A DNA stretch of 62,452 bases, counting the filler, from Choristocarpus tenellus KU-1152 (Eukaryota > Protista > Phaeophyceae): NCBI GenBank assembly GCA_964200185.2. It is 13 parts of 13 records of this genome, joined end to end, with 100 filler letters (N's around TTAATTAATTAA, not from the genome) between each part and the next. Parts side by side here need not be neighbours in the genome. Positions count along the whole stretch, not along the records: positions 24,070 to 26,681 come from CAXNAD020026275.1; positions 26,782 to 31,288 come from CAXNAD020014243.1; positions 31,389 to 34,987 come from CAXNAD020019035.1; positions 35,088 to 44,266 come from CAXNAD020003912.1; 9 more parts are not named here. One strand, 5' to 3'. Positions within the stretch are counted from its first letter, which is position 1. Each line of letters begins with the position of its first letter. The notes under the pieces are model-generated. The model saw only the letters and a program-made list of their open reading frames with translations. It ran no database searches and was not told the DNA's origin. A program made the translations under genes and the position numbers. Positions 24,176 to 37,099 of the stretch are shown here, in pieces.

Positions 24176-25865
24176 CTGCGAATAGGTATTGAAGTTATCG
24201 GAGTTCACATGCTTTCGCACCACTCCAGCCCAGTCCTCCTCTCCATAGGGAAGATACCACTGATCGTTAAGTGCCACAATGCACTCATCTCCAGATCTAG
24301 ACATCACCAGTGACTCAGGCTCAAAGTATACGAGGGCATCCCCACTTGCCATCAACGACTCCCTGCAAAATAAAATAAAATGTGTGTTGTGCCAAGCTCT
24401 TAAAAAAGAAAAATACACTAAAATTAAAATGAGCCGTGAGCATCTCGTAATACAACACAAAAACGCCTGATATGTATTATGTATGTATGCACACCATGGA
24501 GCTATATATTTGTATCTCTATATACACCATTGGACATTTCGTTAAAAACATAGATACATACATACACTTGAAATCAAACTAGTACTTCAAAAAAGGTTAG
24601 GATTAGCTGGATATAGAAATCACCATCCATCACACGTCACACCTCTATGTAGGCGGTTGATACTTGATGACACATTTTATTTATTTATTTAACACAATAA
24701 ATACGAAAAAAACGACACACTTGTGTTAAAAAAATAAAATAAAATACACCCTTAAAAGTAAAAGACGCTCATAAAAATAAAATAAAATACACACTTTCCC
24801 ACCGAGAAAATTCGAAACTCAGAATTTTTATTATTATATATATATATTTTAAATCATTACAATGGATTCAGCTCTCTCTCTCTCTCTCTCCGACCACAAA
24901 GATCGCACGATCGATCGTCCAAATCACAACAGTTGGCAAGCGACAGATTTCTTGCTGCAAGAAAAAAAAAAGATTCCAAACTACGGAGGCGTCACAGATT
25001 TGCACTTGCTTGCCGTTGAAAAACAAAAAACTACGGAGGCGTGCACACAAAAAACGGAAACAATCAGTGTACTTTTCTTTTTTTTAAGAAGGAAACATCT
25101 GTGTTACCAACTAAAAAACAAGTGGGATTATCAACCCAACGGTGATTGACCAGATGATGCAGTCCGAGAATGATGATAGCAGTTCGATTATAGTGTGATT
25201 ATAGTGTCAACAATGACACAGATCGGACTTGATTGACTTTGGGAATAAAGCAGGTGGTGGGAACTAGATAACCCTAAACCCTAACTAGATGCACTCACCT
25301 AATGTTGGGCTTAGCGTTGCAGACCTTCTCCCCCTTGCATGGTCCAACCAACATCACACCCTCGTAGAATCCCTTTAGGTACACCTGTGCCAAACAATAT
25401 TATTTTTTATTTTTATTGCTATCATTATCATTCGTAACAAATGAGTGTACACTAGTACCATCTTATTATTATTATTATCATTATTATTATTTTTTAACTG
25501 TCTTTAATTTAAGTATCATACAACCAAAACGCTCGTACATTAGTAATGACAGTAAGGGCTTCAAGAACACGAGAGCATTAATACATTGTATCACAAATAT
25601 TCTTTTCTTTTTTTTCCAAGTCGAGAAGTCCAATACATAAAAAAAACACAAGAAATAACAATAAAACACTTTGCAAAAAAATAATTATATATAAAATAAA
25701 ATAGAATAAAATAAATTAGAATCTCCACGGTTGGTCGGTTGGTCTGACCTCCTCCTTGGCCTTCTTGAGTTTGTCCGCCTCCTTGCAGCTATTGATCTTC
25801 AGCTTCTCACAAATAAAAGCCGCACTGGTGTTGCCATAGCCAGGGATCTCAATGATTGGCACCAC
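24176..25865 (-). CDS. LARS1: Cytosolic leucyl-tRNA synthetase, internal exons 25865-25749, 25384-25299, 24362-24176
   Basis: Spliced translation [39 protein letters not shown]|[29 protein letters not shown]|[44 protein letters not shown] matches the conserved eukaryotic LeuRS motifs (YLKGFYEG, VMSRSxDECVVALxDQWYLxYGE). All junctions are GT-AG and in phase. Confidence 0.95.
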
Positions 25866-26836
25866 CTAAACACAAGTAACAGTCAACATTAACACAATTC
25901 AACATTAACGATAGCTATCAAAATAACACAAGTCAACATTAACGATAGCATCATTGAGATCGACACTTACGATTGCAACGATCATATTTATATTTTTATC
26001 AACATAAAAACAAAAAATGTTAGAATGGTTTTCGCGTTTGTCCAAGGGTTAGGGTTAGGTATGTAATGGCGTACCGCACAATGCGGTCAAAGGGTGGTTA
26101 GGGTTAGGGTTAGTGGTCAGACCCCCCCCCCAAAAAAGCCAGTAATAGAGATACACAGAGTGACTGAGGCAATCACAAACAAAAAGCACAGATGAAAAAA
26201 GGAAAAAGGAAAGAACGCCATCCAGAGGTGTATGTAACTATCCCACAAAGCACACCGTGGTGCAAAAAAAAAAATCCAAAAAATCGATCACCCAATAGTA
26301 TCCAACAGTCAGTCCAACTAAAACAACGACATACAACCGCAACCCCCCAAATGCTGTATTAGTAGTAATCCCAGTAACACCAATAACACCACTCTCTACA
26401 GCGCGGGGTCCTCTTAGGATTAGGTGACTGGACTGTGATGAACACCTCTTAGGAATATGTGAACCCAACAATCAGAACAATTATGCCATGGGGATCATCG
26501 GCATACCCTAACATACCCTAACCCAACATCACAAGACCAACACAATCAAGCGTGTCTAATATTCTTGTGATGATATAACTTTGACAAAGGTTACCTGTGC
26601 AACACACAAAAGGGACTCAATCAACCCGCCTGTGGTAATCAACCAATCAAACGCACCAAACAAAATTGATCACAGTAACCCNNNNNNNNNNNNNNNNNNN
26701 NNNNNNNNNNNNNNNNNNNNNNNNNTTAATTAATTAANNNNNNNNNNNNNNNNNNNNNNNNNNNNNNNNNNNNNNNNNNNNCATATACACAAAATAAGGT
26801 ACACTTCACTCTTGTCCTATTTTGCACACAACACAC

Positions 26837-27343
26837 CTCGACATGTTTGGCACCCCTCATAGACATGGCATCAGGCTTCAATATCTGCACTTTCTCTATG
26901 ATGGTTGTCTCCTCCTTCAAATTGTAGAGGGTGGTGTGATCGATTCCAAACTTTTGAGCAACCGCAGTTCCCGTCATGGTTTCAGGAGTGCCAAAGCTTC
27001 CACCTTTGCAAAGCTCAAATGTTTACGATTGTCGGCATCGTGGCTTGTAGGGAGAAACTTTCTCCGTAGACATATTTGGGAGCACATTCCCCTTGTCCTT
27101 GTTCTTGTTATCGTGGCGCTTCGACGCCGCGTTGTCACCAGCTGGAGGACTCAAAGCCTTGTGCTTGGTGGGACTCACACACAATTTGCACACGCGTTTC
27201 ATTTCGCTTGAGTCGAAATGGATCAACGCCGCCGCAAATGCCATGAAGATAGCCGCTACAAACGCGACACTTATGGCATGTATAGTGTGGCGGACCAGGA
27301 GTATTACCCTTATATTGCAACTGGATCCCGTTGAGCAGGGCAT
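26837..27343 (-). pseudogene. Frameshifted pogo/Tigger-like transposase 5' part: PHD-like Zn finger + CENP-B/psq-type HTH
   Basis: Across frameshifts it reads MPCSTGSSC..HKCRVCSGYLHGICGGVDP..SEMKRVCKLC, then RKHLSFAKVEALALLK/MTGTAVAQKFGIDHTTLYNLK...SMRGAKHVE, ending at a GT donor near the spacer. Confidence 0.7.
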
Positions 27344-27607
27344 CGTTATATCTGTAGAATGCAGTCGCCTAACTTTGATGTGATATACTATACGTACTGT
27401 ACTGCACAGTACTGACAGACAAGAGACTGTTATGGTTTGTAGTGGTGATCTCCACCAGTTTTATTATTTTTTTGGCAACTCTAACTTGTTGGGAAACCCC
27501 TCGATCAAGTAGTGAAAAAAAATGCGAGTTTGTTCAATATAAGAGAGAATTGGCAGGAAAACATCTAAACCTCTCTTATAGCCTGAAAAGTCGTAACAAT
27601 CCAATTC

Positions 27608-27945
27608 TGTTACAGCGTGCCCCAGAACTCACCTCCACAGGATATATAGCTCCAATCTACAGACCTATAGATGATACTGATGCACGTATAGGACTCCTGA
27701 TGATGCACAAATCGTCAAGTATACTGGATTTCTCACTTACTTGGATTATCATCAATATCATTGTTTAAAAAGGAACATCTCGATAGGACCTCCATGTTAC
27801 AGCGCGCTCCAGAAGCTTACCACCACAGGATGTATAGCTCCAATCTACAGGCCTATTAATGATACTGATGCACGTATAGGACTCCTGATGCACAGGACGT
27901 CAAGTATACTGGATCTCTCACTTGGATTATCATCAATATCATCAT
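27608..27945. repeat. Tandem duplication, about 187-bp period, 2 copies
   Basis: tgttacagcg...gatactgatgcacgtataggactcctgatg...cttggattatcatcaatatcat at 27608 and 27795. Confidence 0.85.
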
Positions 27946-28134
27946 ATAAAAAGAAACTGGTGGTCAACGATGTCTTATCACAATCGGGGACCATAATGAC
28001 CAAATAATAAATAAATAATCAATAAGTACAAATATATCAAATCTAGAACTTCAAGGTCAAAATGGTGTTTATGAAACCGCCATCAAGACATATCGCCTGT
28101 ACAGTTCACCCTCTCTTATATCTCATTTTCTCAT

Positions 28135-28795
28135 ATATTTTATTATTATGCCCTCTGACATTTTCCAGATGTGTCAGGGGGAAAACTACTGAAAACTATA
28201 CACATGTCAGTATAAATCCTAAATAAATAAATTGTGTAATAAATGTGAAAGACATCTATTTGTTACTTCACCACTCTTATATCAGAGTCACCAGGGAGAT
28301 GGGCACGGAAGGGTTTCTTGGATTGTTTGGATGCCTCCCTAGCTCCTCGACCTGGGGTGCAGGAATAGGCAGATTGGAGGCACAGGAACTCAGTGGTACA
28401 ACACAGATCGTAACAAAATAACAAATAGATTGGAGGGGTTTATTGGATTATTTGGATGCCTCCCTAGCTCCTCCCCCTGGGGTGCAGGTATTGGTAGATT
28501 GGAGACACAGGAAGGCAGTAGTACAACATAGTGGTGAAGCAACAAAATGGATTAGTGTGTGTCAAATTTATGACATTTTATTTCTTTAGGGCTTATACTC
28601 ACAAAGTGTATAGTTTTCATTGGTTTCCCCATCTGCAAAATGTCAGAGGGTATTATAATAAAAATAGACTAGTGTTTCTCGCATTTTTGACATATTTTAC
28701 TTCTTTAGGGTTTATGCTGATATGTGAATAGTTTTCATTGGTTTCCCCCCTGACACATCTGCAAAGTGTCAGAGGGCATAATAATAAAAATATAT
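28135..28795. mobile_element. Cluster of non-LTR 3'-UTR fragments with terminal stem-loop and (AAT)n tail, in both orientations
   Basis: The 3'-UTR motif ttggatgcctccctagctcctc..ggggtgcagg..ttggagRcacagg occurs twice (about 28327 and 28453). The stem-loop CCCTGACAC..GTGTCAGAGGG + cataataataaaa is at 28745-28790 (+) and 28141-28181 (-). The same motifs end the element at 61080-61305. Confidence 0.7.
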
Positions 28796-29584
28796 ATGGG
28801 TACACCGACTGCATTCATATACCGTTACACCAATTAAGATTCCTTGTCAAGAATCCATTAATCCAGTGGATCTTCCGTGAGAATGAATCAATGGAACCTT
28901 TTCTAAAGAGACCAGTTAGTTCCATAGATATGGGACTTTTCTTCCTTTTTTCAGAGTGTTATTAAACATGAAAGATTAACTTCCTTCTCACGTCTTGACT
29001 TTTCTGATAATCTTCTTGTTGAAATATTCCCAGGTTAAGATGATCAATTGTGTGCCTTGGTAGAGGACAATAAGTACCTTGGTGTGAATATATAATGTTA
29101 GTACTACAAGGCTTGCGATCTCAATTACACTGACTGAACTTGTGGGACTCACAATTTGTGGCACCCATTACTATTCCTATAGTGTGGGGGTTGCAATCAT
29201 CCACACTAATTTACTACGAATCAATTATTTACTTGTCTTCAGTATACCAAGCGTGTCTTGAACATGACACAAATCAATGGACACTAGTGAGTCAATCCAT
29301 AAGGTATATATATCGCTGGCTCTCTATCACATTATCTACTCCGCTGGTGGTGTCTATAGTATATCAGCAGCACTATCCACGGACACTTCTCTCAACTAGA
29401 TCCTCCTGTCGACTCTCACAGTTTTTGTACAAGGTGTATTGCACTTGTCCAACCTTAACCTCGCCCTCTCGGTTACGGTTCGTCTTGATCCGTCTGGTCC
29501 GTCTGGTCCGGTAATTATCTCCACCACCCTTGCCTGAGTGAACCACGCCACCAAAGAATCACACGATTCATGGTTGTCGTAAGT

Positions 29585-30085
29585 GTGAAAGACATTTTCT
29601 ATCTTTACTATTTGACTGCCACGTATGCTGCACCACTGCCCTCCTATGCCTCCAACCTAGCTCAGCCCTGCATCCCAGGGTGAGGACCTCCTACGGAAGT
29701 ATCCCAAGAATCTAACAAGCCCCCCCCTGCCCACCTCTATGGTATCTCGAGCTTAATACGTATGACACGTCTTGATAGAGCTACTTGGGTTGTGACGAAC
29801 ACTATCTGTCGTAAACGAGATTCAAAACCCCCCTTACTGCTGTAGCCTCCCGTCCCTCACTCCCCTACCTTGTGCATAGCCAACTCATCCAGAAAACCTT
29901 CCGCTTGCTTACCAAGGCGCCCAAAACTTTCCACCACGAAGGTGTTGACGTTTTAACAACGAGGGTCAAAAGAACCCTCGTAGTGGGTGCACTTTCGCGA
30001 CTCAGCTGCTGCAGCAGTTACTCCATTTTTGTTGGATCAGTGCGGTAGATGGTTTGCTGGTTGTACCTCTGGAGACATAACATGT
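29585..30085 (-). mobile_element. Decayed CRE-like non-LTR retrotransposon 3' end
   Basis: Minus translation AAAAESRKCTHYEGSFDPR..NTFVVESFGRLGKQAEGFLDELAMHKVG..SRLRQIVFVTTQVALSRRV, followed by the shared 3' UTR. Nucleotide similarity to 60730-61200. Confidence 0.75.
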
Positions 30086-31577
30086 AGAAGGAGGCCTTTG
30101 TCTTGATAGGGAGCTGATCCGGTGTTCGCAAGTGTCCCAGCATGTAAGATCAAATCGATACGGAATTTTCGGTCCACTAGAGTTCGCAAAATAAAAATTC
30201 ACTATCAAAAAGAAAAAATGCAAAAAACAAGAAAGGCCACCCGAAGGTGATGGGCAAATTCAAACCATCTTCACCACTGTTAGTGTGCGCCCTGTGACAA
30301 AAGAGCAGTCTGCCTTAGCCCGTGTTAGCTTCCGTCTATTTCGACCCTTTCCTGGACGTTCCCCAGTGGATTGAGCGATGGAGGTAGGTCTTTGTCCCAA
30401 TGGTGTCGACTTCTATCGCTTGCCCTGTCTGTGCCTAAAGCAAGTGGGGGTCGAAGCACAGGCTGGGAAACGGATGTGACTGGTCGAACGGGTTTTGATG
30501 CATTGCTTTTTGGAATGAACGAGATTCGCATTTGCAGGAACCGAAGCAGGTTATTTGTTTACAGCAGCACAGATAGCGGGCGAGGAGTTCTGGGTTAAGC
30601 CAGGTTGAAGGATCGGTGCGAGGGTTGCCAGTACACTGTTGGCGACCTCTTAGTGCGGCAGTGAAGTTTGACTTGATACCTCATCGTGCATGGACGTCCT
30701 GTTCTGGCGAGGTAGTCCTAGTTCCTACCTAACGATCGGGGTTTGGGCTGAGGCAGCGAAAGGGTGTGACATACTAGCAAACATAACACGCACATCTCCC
30801 ATGGTACCCAAACCATTGTGAGTCTTGACCTTGTACAAAGCAGGTTTTGTAGCATTTTGGTTGGCTAAAACAAATGCGAATTGGTTGCTTCGATTGGATA
30901 ATTCCTCTAAGGTGGTACCAGTAGCTTCGCCCTCTGTGGCAATCTTGTTTTTTATCACCAGAACCCCACAATAGTAATACAAGATTGCATATATCAAATG
31001 AACGGATATGACAAGAGGTTTTGAAGGTTTGTATGCACGAATGTCCACGCAACGGGGAACGGAAACTATTTCCCGATCAAGTAATGGAAACAAACACGGG
31101 GGAACATCTCCGGCGTAATTGAAGACTTCAAACGGACAAAAATGAAGTGGTTGGCCGAACTCCTTGCAAAAAACTGGTCCGAATTAGATTGCTGTCCAAG
31201 ATTGGCTGGTCTGGTGTTGAAACCTGAATCGAATGCATTGTATATGATACATAGACTACGAAGGAAGAGGAATCATGGTGTTGTAAAGNNNNNNNNNNNN
31301 NNNNNNNNNNNNNNNNNNNNNNNNNNNNNNNNTTAATTAATTAANNNNNNNNNNNNNNNNNNNNNNNNNNNNNNNNNNNNNNNNNNNNCCTACACGGCCC
31401 CCTTCCGTTATAAGAGGGGGTTCCCACTGGGAATGGGGGGTAAAATTTGGGGGGGGGGGGGGGGGGGGGGGGTTCTGGGAGGCGTGTTGACCTGCCAGGT
31501 ATTGGAGGAAACGTTAGTTTGAAGGGGTTGTACAAGGTGTGGGATAATTGTGGCAGGAATTATTTTCTCTTCTGGTT

Positions 31578-31625
<48 letters not shown>

Positions 31626-33107
31626 GTATGTATATGTTTGTGTAAGATTGTTGCTTTGGAGGTGTATTTTTCCATTGGTGTGGAGGAGGTGGTTGTGAAG
31701 GAGGTCATTTTTGTTGGCAAACACTTTGAGATCACACGATGTGGTAACACATCATATCATATCAGGCCATGTCATATGGTGTCTTATCAAAAGGTTTAGG
31801 AGGATGACAAGACTTCCTGTGTGTTTTTGGTGTTTGGTGGTTGATGAAATAGAAGGATTTGTTGATTTGCTTATTTCCCAGAAGAGAGAGAGAGAGAGAG
31901 ATGTGAAATATTTCTGTTGTGTGATCTCCTTACCTCACCTCACCCTCTTTCCCATCATTCAACACAGATATAATACATAATGAAGTTACACTTTAGAAGG
32001 TTAGGGTTATAGGGTAGAATGTGATTTGAAATGACCAAACCTGTACCCCCTTTAATGACTTGACATCCTTACTCCCTGTAACCTCTATCCTGTACGGTTT
32101 TGTAGTCATTGATGTATCCTGCATGTAGTCATTGATGCTGCAACAGTAGTAGCAGAATAGCTCTAGGGCACATCCCGCTTGATCCTACTGTAGTACCAAA
32201 TAGAGGTATACCCTTCCTACAATAAATACCACTTTTTTTGTAATATTCTTGAACAACATAGCGCTTATATCCCAAGCCCTACCCCTTCAACCTGTGTCCT
32301 CCATTGCAATCCTTTGCCCCTTCATCCTCAAGGTGAATGGGTCTTTGACGGGTCTTGGACCACTATCTCCAAGACTTGAGAGTGGGACCATGCACTCGGA
32401 GGGGTGTTCTGGATCTGGAGGGGGGACTGAAGGACCTGCAGTTTGAGGATGATATTCATCATGGTGCATGTGCGAATGTAAACCTGCCTTGGTGGTAAGG
32501 ATGGGTTTCCATATTTGTTGGGAGGGGTTGGGAGGCATTTCAGGAAGGGATTGGTCAAGGTTGAAATTGAAGGTATAGTTGTTATTGTTACACTTTGTAG
32601 AAAATATCACATTATTTTTGATGCAACAATGGTCAATGTTTTTCATTATTTTTTATTTGAAGGTGAATAAACTATCGTATTTGTTAGTGGGTGAGGGACA
32701 TTGTTTTGGTGGACACACACCTGGCAGTCAGACAATGGACAATGCCTTCTGCTGCATAGCGTTTCTTACTGTGGAGTATTTTTCCGATTTTATTTGAGAC
32801 ATAGTAGTATATATACTTTGTATAAATGTATTCTAGTTTTCAAGCAACCACTGCATTTTATGATATACTGGACTGTGACCTCTGTTTTTTTTTTATAACG
32901 TGAAATGTCGTATGTGTGTTATTTTGTTTTTGTGTATACACAGAGCAGGCAATGAGCATCCAATTGGCTATTTGGAAGAAACAAACCTCAACTATTTGGA
33001 CATATTTCACCCACCATGCCTATTGTGTGTGTTTTGTGCTATCTTCCTGCCTGCGTGCCTCTACAAAAGTCTTCTATTTCCTCTGCATTGGGTGTATTTG
33101 GTGACAG

Positions 33108-33626
33108 AGGTCATCCCTCACCACATCTTCACCCAGGCCAACCATCTCTCAAGGGAGTTCCAACAGATACACTGGCGGTTGTGTAGGCACTGCAGGAGTA
33201 GGGGCAGAGTCCTTCACTTCTCTGGGGAGGAGCATGAACAGTGACCCAGCCTGGGCAGCAGGGATGCGGATGGGTGTTGTGGGAGTGGAGGGCTGGCAGG
33301 GAGGTGAAAGCACCAGCAATACCATCTTCCATGAGTACAACCTGCAAGGTGTCTGTTGGCTAAGGCAGTGTGATTTGGGAGTCTTTGGGTCTGCATTATG
33401 TGAGGCTCGGACAGGGTTTCTGGGGAGGTGGAGGTCTGGGGCTGTACATGAGGGAGGAGAGGGGCTATATCCATGCCTGGTGCAGCTGCAATTGGTTGTG
33501 GAACTTGAGGAGTTCTCGATTATCCTCCTTGGGGGCAGTGGGAGAGGGTCCAGAGAGGGAGAGGGTCCAAAGGTGATACTGTGTGGGGGGAGAGCAGCAG
33601 TGGGACGTGACTCTTTGGAGGATTGG
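33108..33626 (+). CDS. Internal exon of a PIKK kinase, ATM-like FAT domain
   Basis: Open from the gacag acceptor to TGG|gtag. IFHEYNLQGVCWLRQCDLGVFGSALCEARTGFLG...EGLYPCLVQLQLVVELEEF aligns by eye to the ATM FAT segment (YHESLYNALQSLRD..F...L..AR...LYPTLSRLQ...ELE). Confidence 0.6.
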
Positions 33627-36600
33627 GTAGAGACAAAGAAGAAGGAGAAGAAGACTAGGATGGGTTCTATTTCTATTTCTTTTTCTTTTTGGCAGTGTTG
33701 ATGGGTCACAAGTGTATGCGTATTTTTAATCGGGACCACCGGATCTACACTGTTGAGGAAAGGGTCAGTCCTTGGATTGCTCCAGGAAGACCCACCTCCA
33801 TCTCATTGTGTGTATATACGTATATATGTATGTATGTGTGTATGCATGTGTGTTTTATGAGCATGCATGTATGTGAATATTAAGTATGTTGGGTTGTGTG
33901 AGTAAGAGCAAAGGTAGATTCAGTAGATTTGTAGTTCTTCCGGGGAGGGAGGGGGAGGATCAAGAACCCAATACAAAGACATGCAGATGGAAAGTGTACT
34001 GGAATATTCTTTTTTGGTTCTGTAACAGATTCGACTCTTTGATTTTGTCTTTCTGCCTTGTTCACTGTCTACATTCAATACCCTCAAAAATTCCAAACAG
34101 TGCCTTGTTCAGTCTTTGGAGTCCTTAGCTGTATTTGACAGATCAACGTGTCTCCACGCAGTGAACAAGACTGTGAGCACCAACATAACCAAGGAAAAAT
34201 GAACATAGCAGGAGTCCCTATCCCTTACCCACACTTTACTGCCTCATGTCATCCTAACCCTAAACCTAAGCCTGACCATATTCTTAGAACTCCATCCCTT
34301 CAGTCACCATCCACAACTCGCAAAATCCCTGGCACCTGGAGCACTATATTCTCAACTCTAGGGCATGTTGGCAATCGATCATTGAAAAGAATGGTGGGGC
34401 GCCTGTTTGTCTTCAACACACCTTCCACACAAAGGACATGGTACAGTCAGCACAGATTGATACAGTCATAGATACAATACTATATAATGCCACGCATTTC
34501 ACACATATACTCGACATTTATGTGAATATGTAGAGGGTGGGAGTGGATGTTTTATTGTATGTACATTGTTTTCTTTGTTCATCATTTTATCTGCTGGGTT
34601 TTGTGTGACTATGTGAGGCGTTGTCCAATTTATGTGTACAGAACGTAACGTCCCACAAATCGACCTGCACACATTGGTCAACTCGAAAGTCACCTTTCCG
34701 ACGGTGTTTGGGGACCATCCACTCACTTAACGTTTGCCATGCGCAATACATCCTTGTACGAGACCTATGCACGGCTTGGCAGAATTTCCTACCTCCCGGA
34801 TAAGACAATACCAGAAGCACTTCAAAAACCTTCAAGGTGTCACTCCAATTTGTACCTCCATCAATACGATTCATAACAATTGCTGTGGTATCCAGAATAT
34901 TTTGAATAGTTTGAAAGACCTCCACCTATTCTAGATATAGTACTAATAATATATAATGATACATACTCCTACATACTTGAAAATACTNNNNNNNNNNNNN
35001 NNNNNNNNNNNNNNNNNNNNNNNNNNNNNNNTTAATTAATTAANNNNNNNNNNNNNNNNNNNNNNNNNNNNNNNNNNNNNNNNNNNNGTGACTGGAAATC
35101 AGGGGTGAAGGGGGTTTGCCCTGGTTGGTCATCAGATGTGGGGGTGACTGGAAATCAGGGGCGAAGGGGGGTTCGCCCTGGTTCCGTCTGTGTGTGGTCA
35201 GTCAAGGTTGGTTGTGACCAAGGTTGTGAACAATGATGTTTATTATGTGCCAGGAATGTAAATGGGATACTAAGAACAAAGGCAGGAAGAAATATGTTGC
35301 GCAGTGGTGGTGGTGTTCTTCACTGAAATATTTTGTTTGTTGAAAGTATATTAACTCCATACTACATCAATTAGCAACGTTTTACAGACTTGTACTTGCA
35401 GGCTCTTGCACCCCCCCCTCCTAGCTCCTGTCTGTCCCTCATAGTGTTACATCCTTTGTCCATCCACAAAAAAAATCAACGAACCCCTACCCTAAAATTG
35501 AAAGCTATGTAAATACATGTGGCACTGAAATAGTAGTAGTAATTACCAAGGTCCAGCCCTGACAGCCCCTACCCCCTGTCCTCTTGATGCCTGTGAATGA
35601 GGGCAGCCACTACAGTTGATGTAGCCTCTCTTCCTCTCTAATTGCAAAGGGAAGTGATGGCATTATGTTGTATGCAAGCTATTTTTTTCAGTTTTTTTCC
35701 AGACGCGCGATTACGGAGGACCCCCAAACGACCTACAAACAAGATTGGAGTGGTGGGGTATCTACTATAAATGATCATTTCACTTTAGAATAGTGTATCG
35801 GGAGTGTTTGCCTTGGTTTGTAACTCCTACGCTCAATGACTGGTTTGTACCAATGATTGATTGCACGTTCGCACTGGTTGTTCTGAATGCGATAAGATCT
35901 TTTGGGAATGACGGGAAAGTAAGAAAGTGGGTTTGTAGGCAATCGTACCAAGGAAACCAATTTTTCGACCTGCTTCTTACTACTTGATGTATGTGGAAAA
36001 CATGAAGGTGTCGTCCAAGGCATATATGGGGGCATTGGGGTAAGGACTTCCCCGTCATCAAACTTCAGATGTGTGGAAATGTAGGAGGTTGGACCTGGAG
36101 CATCTAAGCAACCCTCGTCTTGTCACCCCAGCCTCAGGTTTCCTTGTCAATTCAATACTGTTCATTCCTTCTCCCCTTGTGCCTCCGTCTGCCACCTATT
36201 TATTTTCTAAACCACCCAATCTTTAACTCTTTGATCCCGCCTTGATACTTTTATTTCTTTACTGTCCCTTTCCTTGCCTTGTGCCCCCAACCAACCAGAA
36301 TTCTTCTGCCCACAAAATTCAGATTACTTCATAAACTTTCCCTTTTATCGTGTATTGCAATGTACTCAAAATTATTTCCCAAGTGTTGTCTTGTCAGGCT
36401 GTATTGCTTTCTCCACTGCCTTTGGCCATGGGCTTAGGACCCCTCAGACTAGTAAACTAGTGCACTTTGCTATATTTTTCAAGCATTTGTATACTTGATA
36501 CAACTTAGAAGATTTGATAATGACTTGGTCCAACGTTTTATCTCAAAATCTCACTCCGAATCTAAGATGTTGAGTACACAAGGTCTGACACTTACAGATG

Positions 36601-36753
36601 TTGTTATGGTGGGGGAAAGAAGCAGCATCCAAGGCAGAGAACATGACAACAATTTGCTTGTAATATAGGACCTCCCTATATACCAACAGTAGGTGTAGTA
36701 TATTTGAAAAAAAGTATCAGGGGCCTTCCAAACATGCAACACTTGTACTGTAT

Positions 36754-37013
36754 GAGTGGAAGTATCTTAGGGTTAGGGTACGAGTTTTGCTCTGTCCGTT
36801 TGGGGCATGGCTTCCCACGGGTTTCTTACGACATTTTACCTACTCTGAACTGTTTTGGAGTAGGTAAAATGTATTTGTTATGAAAAGGTGTGTCTGGAAC
36901 AAGGATATTGACACTTCCTAACAAACAAGATAGTCAAAATTACATCAAAATTGCAACATTGGATTTTGGGCCCCAAAACGAATGGGGCTCTACCCTCTAA
37001 GATAATTTGGCTC
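36754..37013. mobile_element. MITE family B copy with 4-bp TSD GTAT
   Basis: gtat|GAGTGGAAGTATCTTAG ... CTAAGATAATTTGGCTC|gtat. Confidence 0.9.
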
Positions 37014-37099
37014 GTATCTGAAACAAGACGTATGATGAAATGCGCAGCCGAAGCTATTCCACTACAATTGTACTGTGAAAGCAGACTAGAAATAAGGGG

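Noticed and set aside
34499-34934. Cys/His-containing ORFs suggestive of a viral primase or zinc-finger fragment
   Set aside because: No recognisable conserved motif and no other giant-virus-like genes nearby.
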